In this document: piece after piece, positions 1 to 9,458 of the stretch | How the letters are laid out: the number at the start of each line of letters is the position of its first letter | Numbering within the stretch: position 1 is the first letter of the stretch | Source of the DNA: a virus | Taxonomy: Duplodnaviria > Heunggongvirae > Uroviricota > Caudoviricetes | IMG/VR virus record: IMGVR_UViG_2675903278_000002 | Length of the DNA: 64,000 bases | Reading direction: 5' to 3' (one strand) | The notes under the pieces: generated by a model | The model's input: only the letters and a program-made list of their open reading frames with translations | What the model was told of the DNA's origin: nothing | Database searches by the model: none | Made by a program: the position numbers and the translations under genes

Positions 1-2256
1 CGCGTCGTAATGTATGGCGTAGAAGGCATTCGTGGTGTAAGCGCATCCGCTGTAGCAATGGGAGCTGCGGCCAGCATTTTTGATGGGATTACCACCAGCC
101 AGTTGCATGAGGCTTTGGTTAAATCTGCCGCTGATTTGATCTCACCAGAAGCACCAAATTACTCACAGGTGGCTGCCCGCCTGAACATTTTTAAAATCCG
201 CAAAGATGCCTTCGGTCGTTACGACTATCCGAACTTCTACCAACACATTGTCAAGAACGTTAACAAGGGCGTTTATGACAAGGATTTGCTGACACATTAT
301 TCGTTTGAAGAGATCGAAGAACTCGGCAATTACATTAAGCCGAAACGTGACGATCTTTTTGGCTATGCAGCTACGGTGCAGTTGCAAAGCAAATACCTCG
401 TTCAAAACCGTGTTACTGGTGAGATTCATGAGGGGCCGCAACATATCTATATGCTGGTAGGCATGTGTCTGTTCCAGAATTGGGAAGACGACTGCGCTGG
501 CAAAACACGTATGGAGATGGTCAAAGGTTTCTATGACGTTACAAGTACGTTCAAACTGTCTCTGCCCACACCAATCATGGCCGGCGTCCGTACTCCAACC
601 CGTCAGTTCTCCAGTTGTGTGCTGATTGAGTCTGGCGATAGTCTGAAAGGGATTAGTGCAGCTTCAGCCGCAATTATCGACTACGTTTCACGTCGTGCTG
701 GAATTGGTATTGGTTTTGGCCGTATCCGTGCGCTGGGCAGCGAGATCCGCAATGGTGAAGCCACCCATACCGGAGTTATTCCATTCCTGAAGCATTTCCA
801 GACGGCTGTTAAATCTTGTTCGCAAGGTGGTGTTCGTGGTGGCGCAGCAACAGCGTTTTACCCGATCTGGCATCTTGAAGTTGAAAGTCTGCTGGTGGTG
901 AAAAATAACCGTGGTATTGATGAAAACCGCGTTCGCCATCTTGATTACGGCGTCATGAGTAACCGTCTAATGTACCGTCGACTCGTCAGAAGCGAGAACA
1001 TCACTCTGTTCAGCCCGCATGATGTGCCTGATATGTACGAAGCCTTCTTCACAGACCAGGAGCTGTTTGAAAAGCTGTACCATAAATACGAAGCCGATGA
1101 TTCAATTCGCAAGAAGTCAGTACCTGCCATTGAGCTGTTCTCATCTCTGATGCAGGAACGAGCGTCCACGGGCCGAATTTATATTGCGAACGTCGATCAT
1201 ATTAACGAGCATGGCGCTTTCATTCCTGCTCTTGCACCTGTTCGCCAGTCAAACCTGTGCATGGAGATCACTCTACCCACTCGTCCACTGGCATTTACCG
1301 ACGACCCGAACGGTGAGATCGCGCTATGCACTTTATCCGCTTTTAACCTCGGAGCCATCCGTTCACTGGAGTCTCTTAAAGAGGTGGCGTTCTATGCCGT
1401 TGCTGCACTGGATTCGTTACTGGATTATCAAGACTATCCGATGGAGGCAGCCGAAGTGCCTGCCAAAGCTCGTCGTAGCTTGGGAATTGGTGTAACCAAC
1501 TTTGCTTATTACCTGGCAAAGAATGGCGTTCGTTATTCTGATACCGCTGGCAATAAACTGGTGCATGAAACGTTCGAAGCTATCCAGTATTACCTTCTTG
1601 ATGCCAGCTGCCGACTTGCTGAAGCAAAAGGTGAGTGTGACTGGTTTGAGCAGACCAAGTACGCAATTGGTCAGTTGCCGATCGACCATTACCGTTCTTC
1701 ATTAGACGAAAGTGGCGAAACCAACTTTGAGTTAAAGATGCCGTGGGAAGAACTGCGTGAACGTATTGCAAAATACGGCCTTCGCAACTCCACACTGACG
1801 GCACAAATGCCATGCGAGACTTCCAGCCAGATCACTAATTCCACCAACGGCATCGAACCGCCTCGTGGACCGGTGTCGGTGAAATCTTCTAAGGACGGCA
1901 TCGTTAAGATGGTCGTGCCTGAGTTTGAAAAACTGAAGGAACAGTATGAATACCTGTGGGATATGCCGGACAACCGCGGCTATCTGACAAAGGTGGCGAT
2001 CATCCAGAAGTTCTTTGACCAGGCTATTTCAGCCAATACCAACTATGACCCTTCTCGCTTTGAAGGCGATAAAGTCCCAATGATGACGCTACTGTCAGAT
2101 TTGCTTCTCGCCTACAAGATGGGAGTTAAAACGCTTTACTACCACAACACCAGAGATGGGGCAGGAAAGCGTGATGACGACGAACCGCAGAATCCACTGA
2201 CGCAAGCTGTAGCCGTCGAGCCAGAAGATGAGTGCGACGGAGCCTGCAAAATCTGA
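1..2256 (+). CDS. nrdA: Class Ia ribonucleoside-diphosphate reductase alpha subunit, 5'-partial (N-terminal ATP-cone region lies upstream of window)
   Basis: Frame is open from base 1. Collinear with E. coli NrdA as I know it (PTPIMAGVRTPTRQFSSCVL, CSQGGVRGGAAT, SNLCMEI, PCETSSQ, C-terminal CDGACKI tail). Confidence 0.95.
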   Translation, partial: RVVMYGVEGIRGVSASAVAMGAAASIFDGITTSQLHEALVKSAADLISPEAPNYSQVAARLNIFKIRKDAFGRYDYPNFYQHIVKNVNKGVYDKDLLTHYSFEEIEELGNYIKPKRDDLFGYAATVQLQSKYLVQNRVTGEIHEGPQHIYMLVGMCLFQNWEDDCAGKTRMEMVKGFYDVTSTFKLSLPTPIMAGVRTPTRQFSSCVLIESGDSLKGISAASAAIIDYVSRRAGIGIGFGRIRALGSEIRNGEATHTGVIPFLKHFQTAVKSCSQGGVRGGAATAFYPIWHLEVESLLVVKNNRGIDENRVRHLDYGVMSNRLMYRRLVRSENITLFSPHDVPDMYEAFFTDQELFEKLYHKYEADDSIRKKSVPAIELFSSLMQERASTGRIYIANVDHINEHGAFIPALAPVRQSNLCMEITLPTRPLAFTDDPNGEIALCTLSAFNLGAIRSLESLKEVAFYAVAALDSLLDYQDYPMEAAEVPAKARRSLGIGVTNFAYYLAKNGVRYSDTAGNKLVHETFEAIQYYLLDASCRLAEAKGECDWFEQTKYAIGQLPIDHYRSSLDESGETNFELKMPWEELRERIAKYGLRNSTLTAQMPCETSSQITNSTNGIEPPRGPVSVKSSKDGIVKMVVPEFEKLKEQYEYLWDMPDNRGYLTKVAIIQKFFDQAISANTNYDPSRFEGDKVPMMTLLSDLLLAYKMGVKTLYYHNTRDGAGKRDDDEPQNPLTQAVAVEPEDECDGACKI

Positions 2257-2261
2257 CATAT

Positions 2262-2290
2262 GGTGGGGGATATCCCCACCTTCTCTTTGA
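2262..2290 (+). terminator. Hairpin after nrdA (weak terminator or RNA stabiliser)
   Basis: GGTGGGG-gatat-CCCCACC followed by U-rich ttctctttgattt. Confidence 0.4.
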
Positions 2291-2318
2291 TTTGTAAGCC
2301 TTGTTTAAACACATAAGA

Positions 2319-2331
2319 TAACAACTTGTTT
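2319..2331. promoter_or_regulatory. Box A palindrome copy (consensus GAAAACAAnnTGTTT)
   Basis: tAACAACTTGTTT, 32 nt upstream of the nrdB ATG. Direct repeat CTTGTTTAAAC at 2300-2310 and 2325-2335. Confidence 0.55.
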
Positions 2332-2362
2332 AAACGCACCAAAAAAGAAAAAGGAAAAACAC

Positions 2363-3505
2363 ATGTCATATTCAACGTTCCGTTTGGGTGCTAATGATGC
2401 AACCAAAGAGCCTATGTTCCTCGGACAATCTGTCAACGTGGCACGTTACGATCAGCAAAAATACCGTGATTTTGAAAAGTTGATTGAACGTCAATTGTCT
2501 TTCTTCTGGCGGCCGGAAGAAGTTGATATTTCGAGCGATCGTATCGACTTCAACACGAAGCTGCGGGACCACGAACGTCACATTTTTCTGAGCAATCTCC
2601 GTTATCAAACGTTACTCGATTCAGTTCAGGGACGTAGTCCAAATGCAACGCTGCTGCCGCTTATCTCTATTCCTGAACTGGAAACGTGGGTTGAAACGTG
2701 GTCTTTCTCTGAGACTATCCATAGCCGCAGCTACACCCACATTATTCGTGGCATGGTGGACGATCCGAGCATTGTTTTTGACGGTATTGTTACGGATGAA
2801 GAAATCATCAACCGAGCGATCAGTATCTCTGCTGAATATGACAGGCTTTATGGGATGACCTGCGAGCGCCAGTCGTTAGGTGAGAAGGAATTTGAGCGTC
2901 TGTACGTAAATGAATATGGCTGGGAGCCATACCCTTTGCACCGTCAGCTTTTCCGCACGTTGGTGTCCATTAATGCGCTTGAGGCGATCCGTTTCTATGT
3001 AAGTTTTGCATGTACGTTTGCCTTTGGCGAACGGAAGTTGCTTGAGGGTAACACCAAAATTATGCGCTTTATTGCCCGTGATGAAGCTCTGCATTGCGAA
3101 GGAACTGAACGCATGATCCGCTTCATGCGTACCGGTCGCGAAGGTTTATTGTGGAAAGAGATTGCTGCTGATGAAGAAAACGTCATTTACGACACCATGA
3201 AATCAGTCGCCGAACAAGAAATGAACTGGGCAGACTATCTCTTCAAAGACGGTTCGATGATTGGTTTAAACGCGGATATTCTCAAAACCTATGTAAAATA
3301 CCGCACCAATCTGGCTATGAATCGTCTTGGCCTGAAGGCTTTATTTCCAGAGGTTACCACCGATCCGCTGGTCTGGATGAACAAGTGGTTGTTAACCGAC
3401 ACACTGCAAATTGCACCACAAGAGGCAGAGCAAAGCACATATCTGGTAGGTCAGATCGATTCTACCGTGGATAAGGCTTCTCTAAGCCAGTTTGCAGACC
3501 TGTAA
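2363..3505 (+). CDS. nrdB: Class Ia ribonucleotide reductase beta subunit
   Basis: Collinear with E. coli NrdB ([41 protein letters not shown]). Shares the leader GGAAAAACACATG. Confidence 0.95.
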   Translation: MSYSTFRLGANDATKEPMFLGQSVNVARYDQQKYRDFEKLIERQLSFFWRPEEVDISSDRIDFNTKLRDHERHIFLSNLRYQTLLDSVQGRSPNATLLPLISIPELETWVETWSFSETIHSRSYTHIIRGMVDDPSIVFDGIVTDEEIINRAISISAEYDRLYGMTCERQSLGEKEFERLYVNEYGWEPYPLHRQLFRTLVSINALEAIRFYVSFACTFAFGERKLLEGNTKIMRFIARDEALHCEGTERMIRFMRTGREGLLWKEIAADEENVIYDTMKSVAEQEMNWADYLFKDGSMIGLNADILKTYVKYRTNLAMNRLGLKALFPEVTTDPLVWMNKWLLTDTLQIAPQEAEQSTYLVGQIDSTVDKASLSQFADL

Positions 3506-3582
3506 ACCGATACAAAGCATTATGTGGCCTGGCAACGCTGGGCCACAATGGATCACAAGAATTAAGAAGGAACAAAACTAGC

Positions 3583-4452
3583 ATGAACTTTACCAAACTG
3601 ACTGACCACCTGAAACTTGCCACCGATCGACTCATTGGATTTAAGCCAGAACCATATGAGTTGCATGAAGGCCATGGTGTAGCCACTGAAAGTATTTACA
3701 AGATGGTCGATCAGTTTCATGAACTCTTCCAGCATCCGAGACGCGTTATGCCGACACCAGAGCTGCTTCGTCTCCGTGCAAGCCTGATTCATGAAGAAGC
3801 TGTAGTGGAAGGTATTCCAGCCGCAATGAATGGGGATATTGAGCAACTGCTGGATGCAATGGCCGACTTTTTATACGTTGGTGTTGGTACGATGGTCGCC
3901 ATCAAAGGTGGTATTTCTACCGGCATGACCTATTACACGCAGGAACAGAGCATTGATCGCTTTATGCAGACAATTTTTGTGCCCGGTAACACTGTTTTCG
4001 ATGATATGGCAATGCCATTTCAGGAAGCTCGTGAGGCGTCATGTATGCTCGAAGAGCTGGCAGATAAACTTGAGAACAAGACTGTTAAGGATTCTGAGCT
4101 GATTCAGGAACTGCGCCGTGTCATGAACAAAATCTATGTGGCGTGCATGATGACCTATCGACTGGCTGATTTCCTCGGTATCAATGTAGTCGAGCTGGTT
4201 GGCGAAATTCATCGGTCTAACATGACAAAATTATGGCCTGCTGATGTTGAGGAACGTCGCCAGGCTGTGGCCAACTGCAAATACGACTCTTCAGATCTGG
4301 GATTCCGCCATGCTGATGGCACCGATAAGATGATCGGTTTTCGAATTTCCGATGGAAAGATTCTGAAGTCTCCAACCTATAGTGATGTCGATTTATCCTC
4401 CTTTGTTGAGCAAGCTAAAGCCTCAGCAATGTACGGAATGATCAAAAAATAA
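3583..4452 (+). CDS. MazG-like all-alpha NTP pyrophosphohydrolase (tandem-domain)
   Basis: EExxE...D metal-binding pattern (LIHEEAVVEG...EQLLDAMADFLYV) and C-terminal EIHRSNMTKL typical of the MazG/HisE-like family. SD GAAGGA lies upstream. Confidence 0.5.
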   Translation: MNFTKLTDHLKLATDRLIGFKPEPYELHEGHGVATESIYKMVDQFHELFQHPRRVMPTPELLRLRASLIHEEAVVEGIPAAMNGDIEQLLDAMADFLYVGVGTMVAIKGGISTGMTYYTQEQSIDRFMQTIFVPGNTVFDDMAMPFQEAREASCMLEELADKLENKTVKDSELIQELRRVMNKIYVACMMTYRLADFLGINVVELVGEIHRSNMTKLWPADVEERRQAVANCKYDSSDLGFRHADGTDKMIGFRISDGKILKSPTYSDVDLSSFVEQAKASAMYGMIKK

Positions 4453-4454
4453 TT

Positions 4455-4471
4455 GTAGGTAGTTATCTATC
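4455..4471. promoter_or_regulatory. Box B palindrome-family copy (degenerate)
   Basis: GTAGGTAGTTATCTATC, 3 nt after the stop codon. Same core as the copy at 45037. Confidence 0.45.
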
Positions 4472-4515
4472 TGTGTATATTGCGTTGGCGCGTTAAATTT
4501 CTGAAACAACTATTC

Positions 4516-4548
4516 GTTTTTGGTGGCCTATGGCCACCATTTTTTTAT
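4516..4548 (+). terminator. Rho-independent terminator
   Basis: TGGTGGCC-tat-GGCCACCA followed by TTTTTTT. Confidence 0.8.
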
Positions 4549-4591
4549 CTGTCTGGTCTTGTTCTCTCAATAAATGTAAACTCACGCAATG

Positions 4592-4609
4592 AATAAGTGG
4601 TTACTTATC
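4592..4609. promoter_or_regulatory. Box B palindrome copy
   Basis: AATAAGTggTTACTTATC, 15 nt upstream of the thyA GTG start. Confidence 0.55.
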
Positions 4610-4623
4610 TTTGTGAGGTTTTT

Positions 4624-5727
4624 GTGTCACTCCTTTTGAATCGTGAGCATACGAACGGTCAGGTAACAAACGCATCGTATGCAAAAGTTATTGAGACGGT
4701 GCTTAAAAGCGGCGTGCAGGCTGATGATCGCACAGGCACTGGTACTTTAAGCACCTGCTACGTTCCCTCTTACTACATGCTTACTGGTGGGACTGTGCCG
4801 CTTATTTCTGGAAAGGCGGTAAATCTTAAGCCACTGCTTGTCGAACTTGAGTGGTATCTGAAAGGCACGGGCAACATCCAATTTCTCAAGGATAACGGCG
4901 TTAAGATTTGGGATGCATGGGCCGATGAGAATGGCGATTTGGGGCCGGTTTACGGTAAGCAGTGGCGTCGATGGGAAGATACCCGCATCGTGAGCCATAG
5001 TGAATATCTGAGCAAGATCGCTACTTTCCGTGAACGCGGGTACAAAGTCGAGGGATACCTGGGTATCAGTGAAGATCGCGTAGTGCTGTCCCGTGAAATC
5101 GATCAGCTACAGCGTATTGTCGATACACTGCGCACGAACCCTACCGATCGTCGCATCATGCTTAACGCATGGAACGTAGGCGAGCTTGAGGATATGAAAC
5201 TGCCACCTTGCCACTTTGTCTTCTCTTTGTGGAGTCGTGAGCTGGATTTTGAAACCCGTTTAACGATGGCAACTGACATTGGTCTTCAACACAGTCGCCT
5301 CGGTTATGAGTCTATCTACACCAAGATGCTATACGATCTGGAGATGGACGGCAGTGTTACTGAAACTGAACTGGATGAACTTGGAATCCCCAAACGCATC
5401 CTCAACTCCTGCCTCGTACAGCGTAGCGTAGACACTTTTGTTGGTATGCCATTCAATATTGCTGGCTATGGCATTCTCACTCATTTTCTCGCGAAGATTA
5501 CGGGTCACATGGCCGGTGCATTTGTGCATTTTGGCTTTGACGTGCATTTATACAATAACCACATGGAAAGTGTGTGTGAGCTAATGAAACGACAGGCTCC
5601 AGAGCATTCAGATCCGGTCGTTATTTTCCCTCATGAATGGTCTGAGCTGGATGATTTCAAATGGGACGATATTCTGATTCTTGGCTATGACCCTCTACCG
5701 TGGATCAAGGTTCCAGTGGCGGTGTGA
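4624..5727 (+). CDS. thyA: Thymidylate synthase homologue with two large insertions
   Basis: Motifs DRTGTGT, WADENGDLGPVYGKQWR, LPPCH, QRSVD, PFNIAGY and DVHLYNNH are present. I moved the start to GTG 4624, which has GAGG 5 nt upstream (the track starts at 4597, inside Box B). Confidence 0.85.
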   Translation: MSLLLNREHTNGQVTNASYAKVIETVLKSGVQADDRTGTGTLSTCYVPSYYMLTGGTVPLISGKAVNLKPLLVELEWYLKGTGNIQFLKDNGVKIWDAWADENGDLGPVYGKQWRRWEDTRIVSHSEYLSKIATFRERGYKVEGYLGISEDRVVLSREIDQLQRIVDTLRTNPTDRRIMLNAWNVGELEDMKLPPCHFVFSLWSRELDFETRLTMATDIGLQHSRLGYESIYTKMLYDLEMDGSVTETELDELGIPKRILNSCLVQRSVDTFVGMPFNIAGYGILTHFLAKITGHMAGAFVHFGFDVHLYNNHMESVCELMKRQAPEHSDPVVIFPHEWSELDDFKWDDILILGYDPLPWIKVPVAV

Positions 5728-5728
5728 T

Positions 5729-6142
5729 ATGGCAAGAGGTATGTATGTCTTATGCGAAATTGAAGGTGTGCTGGCAAATGCCAGCCATCGTAAATCAGTA
5801 TCTGACGCGGATGCAGGCCAGCTCATTGCCGGTGATGAACTCATTTTCCCCACCAGCCGTATGTTGCGTGGTTTTGCTCGCTCAGGGGCTGAAGTGGTGC
5901 TTATCAGTAGCCGCTCTGAAACTCTTGAAGCGCCAACTAAACGATGGCTGAAAGATTTTGGCGTTGATTATGACTGGCTTCATCTCGTACCGAATGGCAC
6001 CAGTTATGAGAAGCATATTAAGCGCACATTAGCGGAGCATAAAGGCGATCTGCTTATCGCTGCGCTGGTGCACGATCCTCGACTCCGTGCCGCTTTAGCC
6101 GACTCTCACCATCGACCGGTCATCTATGAGGTGAGCAAATGA
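5729..6142 (+). CDS. Hypothetical protein (possibly HAD-like fold, non-canonical motif I)
   Basis: ATG lies 2 nt after the thyA stop, and the stop overlaps the folA start (ATGA). MYVLCEIEGVLAN sits where HAD motif I would be but lacks DxD. Confidence 0.45.
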   Translation: MARGMYVLCEIEGVLANASHRKSVSDADAGQLIAGDELIFPTSRMLRGFARSGAEVVLISSRSETLEAPTKRWLKDFGVDYDWLHLVPNGTSYEKHIKRTLAEHKGDLLIAALVHDPRLRAALADSHHRPVIYEVSK

Positions 6143-6615
6143 AGATGATCGCTGCTGTTGGCCGTAACTATGAGATCGGCATAGCGAATGAACTCCCCTG
6201 GCGTTGTTCTACCGATCTGAAGCTATTTAAGAGACTCACCAAAAACGCCACTGTCGTTATGGGGCGTAAAACGATGGAAAGTCTCAAACGCCCTCTTCCA
6301 GAGCGTCATAACCTCGTTTTGACGCGCTCTCATGGCTTTGTACCAAATGGATTCTACCCTGCTGGTGTGGATGATGTGTTGCGATTACCAGAGCCTGTGT
6401 GGGTGATTGGCGGGGAACAAATTTACTCGCTATTCATGCCGCATGTTGAAGAGATTTGGCTCTCCCACATCGGCGTTGATGTGCCAAACGCCGATGCATT
6501 CTTCCCGGCAAGCATGATGCGTAATTTAGGCTTTGTGCCTGTTGAAACAGCTTATACCCAACGAGCCAGCGAGGAAGAGCCTGGCTTTTCGCAGATCGTA
6601 TACAGAAGGTCGTAA
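6139..6615 (+). CDS. folA: Dihydrofolate reductase
   Basis: 158 aa. Motifs IAAVGRNYEIG..LPW, VVMGRKT.ES...PLP.R.N.VLT and VIGG..IY are collinear with E. coli FolA. Confidence 0.9.
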   Translation: MKMIAAVGRNYEIGIANELPWRCSTDLKLFKRLTKNATVVMGRKTMESLKRPLPERHNLVLTRSHGFVPNGFYPAGVDDVLRLPEPVWVIGGEQIYSLFMPHVEEIWLSHIGVDVPNADAFFPASMMRNLGFVPVETAYTQRASEEEPGFSQIVYRRS

Positions 6616-7259
6616 TGGATTACCGGATTGGGATCACTGGTGCTCAGGGCAGTGGGAAAACAACCCTGGCTAAATATATCGACAAACATTACGGAATCCC
6701 TTACGTGGATGCTGGTGTCGGAAGTTTGATGAGCCGCCTCGGTGTTCGAGTAGGTGATTCTATGCCTCTATATGAGCGGCTTCAGATTCAAATGGAAATA
6801 GCAAAGCATATAGAGCTACTTACGCGTGGTGTTGAAGGCTTTGTTATCGATCGCACACCTGCTGATGTTATGGCCTACACGTTGGATTTGGTCGGCCATA
6901 CAAATGAAGATCGGTGTATTGAGTTAGCCCTCGATATCGAAAAGTTTTGCCACAAAACTGCTATTTCAAACTTTAACGCCATTGCTGGCTTACGCCCGGG
7001 AGTCGCTCTCTCAGAGCGAGATTACTTGCGATCACAACGAGCATCATTAGACCGTCTGTATGTCGCTCGTATTGATGCGTTGATGTGCGGGGAACTGACA
7101 AAAATTCACCTGCATCCGCAAAGGGGAGATCTGCAAACCTTCGTCGTTTCCAACCGATATCGCACGGTTGAAGCAAGAGCCAGATCAGTGATGAGAATGC
7201 TAGATAACGCTGTAGAAAAGATAGAAAACCGGTTCTGTGGCCGAGTGACCGTTCATTAG
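6615..7259 (+). CDS. P-loop NTPase, nucleotide-kinase-like
   Basis: Walker A GITGAQGSGKTT at the N-terminus. TAATG coupling to folA. The module context suggests a (d)NMP kinase. Confidence 0.45.
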   Translation: MDYRIGITGAQGSGKTTLAKYIDKHYGIPYVDAGVGSLMSRLGVRVGDSMPLYERLQIQMEIAKHIELLTRGVEGFVIDRTPADVMAYTLDLVGHTNEDRCIELALDIEKFCHKTAISNFNAIAGLRPGVALSERDYLRSQRASLDRLYVARIDALMCGELTKIHLHPQRGDLQTFVVSNRYRTVEARARSVMRMLDNAVEKIENRFCGRVTVH

Positions 7260-7320
7260 AAATTGTTCGCCTCTTCGACATTGCGACAATAAAACTCTCA
7301 AAATGGGTTAAGGATAAAAA

Positions 7321-7740
7321 ATGTTTAGTGAAATGTTGCTTGAAGATGAACTGGATCGGAAAACAACAGAGGCTTTGATTCGTGTAGCGGACGAACATTC
7401 CCGGTCGCTTATGAGCGATCGAGAGGCTCGTCTGGCTATTCGTGCCATATTCGAAACTGCGCAGGGGCTTGTTGGTACACAAGTGGGTGAAGCCATTAAC
7501 ATCGCCATGTCTCAGTTCAGTGAAGGCAGTAAAAAGCCTCTGTTTCCTATGCATTTGATGCTGGCTGGTGGCTCGGTGCTTTATATCTCTGTTTGTCTGG
7601 ATAGCAACCAAATCAATATTCTCAACACTGTGTCAGGTAAGTGGAAAGATCCGATTGTCTGTGAAACCAGTGAAGAAACTTTGAAAAAAGCGGCTCAATT
7701 TGTACGTAGCGCACTACTTAAGGGCGCTAAGAAGTTGTAA
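7321..7740 (+). CDS. Hypothetical protein
   Basis: 139-aa ORF with SD AAGGA upstream. No recognisable motif. Confidence 0.5.
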   Translation: MFSEMLLEDELDRKTTEALIRVADEHSRSLMSDREARLAIRAIFETAQGLVGTQVGEAINIAMSQFSEGSKKPLFPMHLMLAGGSVLYISVCLDSNQINILNTVSGKWKDPIVCETSEETLKKAAQFVRSALLKGAKKL

Positions 7741-7749
7741 GGAGTTCTG

Positions 7750-8307
7750 ATGACAACGATTGTTGCAGGCATCGATATCGAGTCTACGGGACTGGATTTC
7801 CTTGCTGGTCATAAAATTATTGAAATCGCAATTACCCGCTATGAACTGGAGACACAGAGACATATTGATAGTCTGGAGATGCGTTTTAACCCTCGCAGAA
7901 ACATAGATCCGAAAGCTCAAGCCGTTCATGGCATTTCATTGGAACAGCTCGCAGCTGAACCTTTGTTGTCAAATCATGCCAGCGAAATTGGCGCTTATAT
8001 GGGGGCATGTAGTGTGTGGGTTGCTCATAACGGCGAAGCATTTGATATACCATTTATTCGACACGAGTTTTCAGGGTATGGAGTAAGACTGCCAGAAGTT
8101 CCTGTTATAGATACTATGTTATCGGGATTGTGGGCCACAGAAGACGGTAAACGTCCCCGCCTTGAAGAGTTGGCCTTCTCTCTTGGCTTTATATACGATC
8201 ATGCCAAAGCACATAGTGCCTTATATGACACAAACTTAATGATGCAATGCTTCTTTAAGGCACGTAATAAGTACGGATTTTTTAAATTACCCTCTGAAAT
8301 TGTGTAA
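7750..8307 (+). CDS. DnaQ/DEDDh-type 3'-5' exonuclease
   Basis: Exo I GIDIESTGLD, Exo II VAHNGEAFDIPFI, Exo III HSALYDT. Confidence 0.8.
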   Translation: MTTIVAGIDIESTGLDFLAGHKIIEIAITRYELETQRHIDSLEMRFNPRRNIDPKAQAVHGISLEQLAAEPLLSNHASEIGAYMGACSVWVAHNGEAFDIPFIRHEFSGYGVRLPEVPVIDTMLSGLWATEDGKRPRLEELAFSLGFIYDHAKAHSALYDTNLMMQCFFKARNKYGFFKLPSEIV

Positions 8308-8312
8308 AACAA

Positions 8313-8349
8313 AAGCCTACTTTAAAAAGTTTAAAGTAGGCTTTCTTTT
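8313..8349 (+). terminator. Rho-independent terminator
   Basis: 13-bp stem AAGCCTACTTTAA/TTAAAGTAGGCTT followed by tctttt. Confidence 0.7.
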
Positions 8350-8465
8350 AAAGAACAGTCGCCTTTCAATCATTTCCTGCCTGTATTTAATACTTTTCCG
8401 CCTGATAGGTTTAGTCAAAATGTAGCCATCGAAACGCAAATGTAACCAAACAGAAGGAGACTTAC

Positions 8466-9275
8466 ATGAGTTCGGTTGAAAATGTAATGACAAATGATGA
8501 TCTGGACGAGCTGACAGCCATGTTGCAATCACTTGATGAACCAGTAAAAAAAGCTGCACAGGTTGAAAATACTGATGATATTGACGATCTGCTGCTCGGC
8601 CTAGATGCTGGCGTAGCCATGAGTTCTGATGATGTTGCCGAAGAACTGTTCAATGAAGAAAAAGCAGGTGATTTCAGCTCTGCTTTAAATGAGTTGGAGT
8701 TAGCGCATGAGCCTATAAACGTAATTAACGCTGAAAGTGTTGAAGCTGCCGAAAACGAGCCAGAACAATTGGGATTTATTGAGGTTGAAGAGTGTGTTGA
8801 GGTTAATGATGAATTAAAAGTTCAACAGTCAAATGATAGCAATACAAATAAAAAAGCTCGTGCTGCAAGAGGTCCTCGTTTTACTTTAAGTGATAAAGAT
8901 GATTCGTTTTTCAATAAAGCGGGCTTAGAAAAAGATATTTTCTTAGACGCTTACGATAACGCGCCTGTCAAAGCAAAGGATAAGATATTAAACCTTCTTA
9001 ATTGGTTTAGCGGAGGTCCAGATATTAGTGTTTACACGGTAATTTCCATGAGACACCTTCTCACAGAAAAGAAGGCTACAAGTAATAGTATTAAGATTGC
9101 TTTAATGAGCAATCCAGAAAAACCGTATCCGCTTAACACTGCGTCAACTCAGGCTGGGCAAATGATGGCTGTATTTCCAGCGACAGGAATTGCCGTTAGA
9201 GGCGGTGGAAATCTAACATTGAACGAAGAATCACCGATCGTTAAGAAGTTTGTCGCGGAGTACACTATTGGATGA
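8466..9275 (+). CDS. Hypothetical protein with strongly acidic N-terminal half
   Basis: SD AAGGAG upstream. The first ~125 aa are D/E-rich (ENTDDIDDLLLGLD, SSDDVAEELFNEE). Confidence 0.55.
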   Translation: MSSVENVMTNDDLDELTAMLQSLDEPVKKAAQVENTDDIDDLLLGLDAGVAMSSDDVAEELFNEEKAGDFSSALNELELAHEPINVINAESVEAAENEPEQLGFIEVEECVEVNDELKVQQSNDSNTNKKARAARGPRFTLSDKDDSFFNKAGLEKDIFLDAYDNAPVKAKDKILNLLNWFSGGPDISVYTVISMRHLLTEKKATSNSIKIALMSNPEKPYPLNTASTQAGQMMAVFPATGIAVRGGGNLTLNEESPIVKKFVAEYTIG

Positions 9276-9350
9276 CGTTCCCCTACTGAAAATAAAGCCC
9301 ATAGAGAGCTTTATAGTGCTGGGTAAGCCAATCACATACCCAGCACCACA

Positions 9351-9398
9351 AAAACGCGCCAGAGAGCTTCTCGTTTGCATTTCTGGCGCGTTTTATTT
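9351..9398 (+). terminator. Probable terminator
   Basis: CGCGCCAGA...TCTGGCGCG (9-bp stem, 18-nt loop) followed by TTTTATTT. Confidence 0.5.
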
Positions 9399-9427
9399 GA
9401 TTGCCAGACATAAAATCAAATGCAAAA

Positions 9428-9448
9428 ATAGGTATTTACTTACCTATC
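9428..9448. promoter_or_regulatory. Box B palindrome copy
   Basis: ATAGGTAtttacTTACCTATC, 11 nt upstream of the methylase ATG. Confidence 0.55.
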
Positions 9449-9458
9449 GAGAAAGAAG

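Noticed and set aside
5681-5728. Upstream start (5681) for the gene after thyA, and the overlapping 83-aa ORF 5700-5951
   Set aside because: Start 5681 would overlap thyA by 47 nt. ATG 5729, 2 nt after the thyA stop, is the simpler call. The 83-aa ORF is an alternative frame of the same region with no support.
6973-7611. 212-aa minus-strand ORF
   Set aside because: It is antisense to the P-loop kinase gene and the 7321 gene. It spans their intergenic region without any signals, so it is a shadow ORF.
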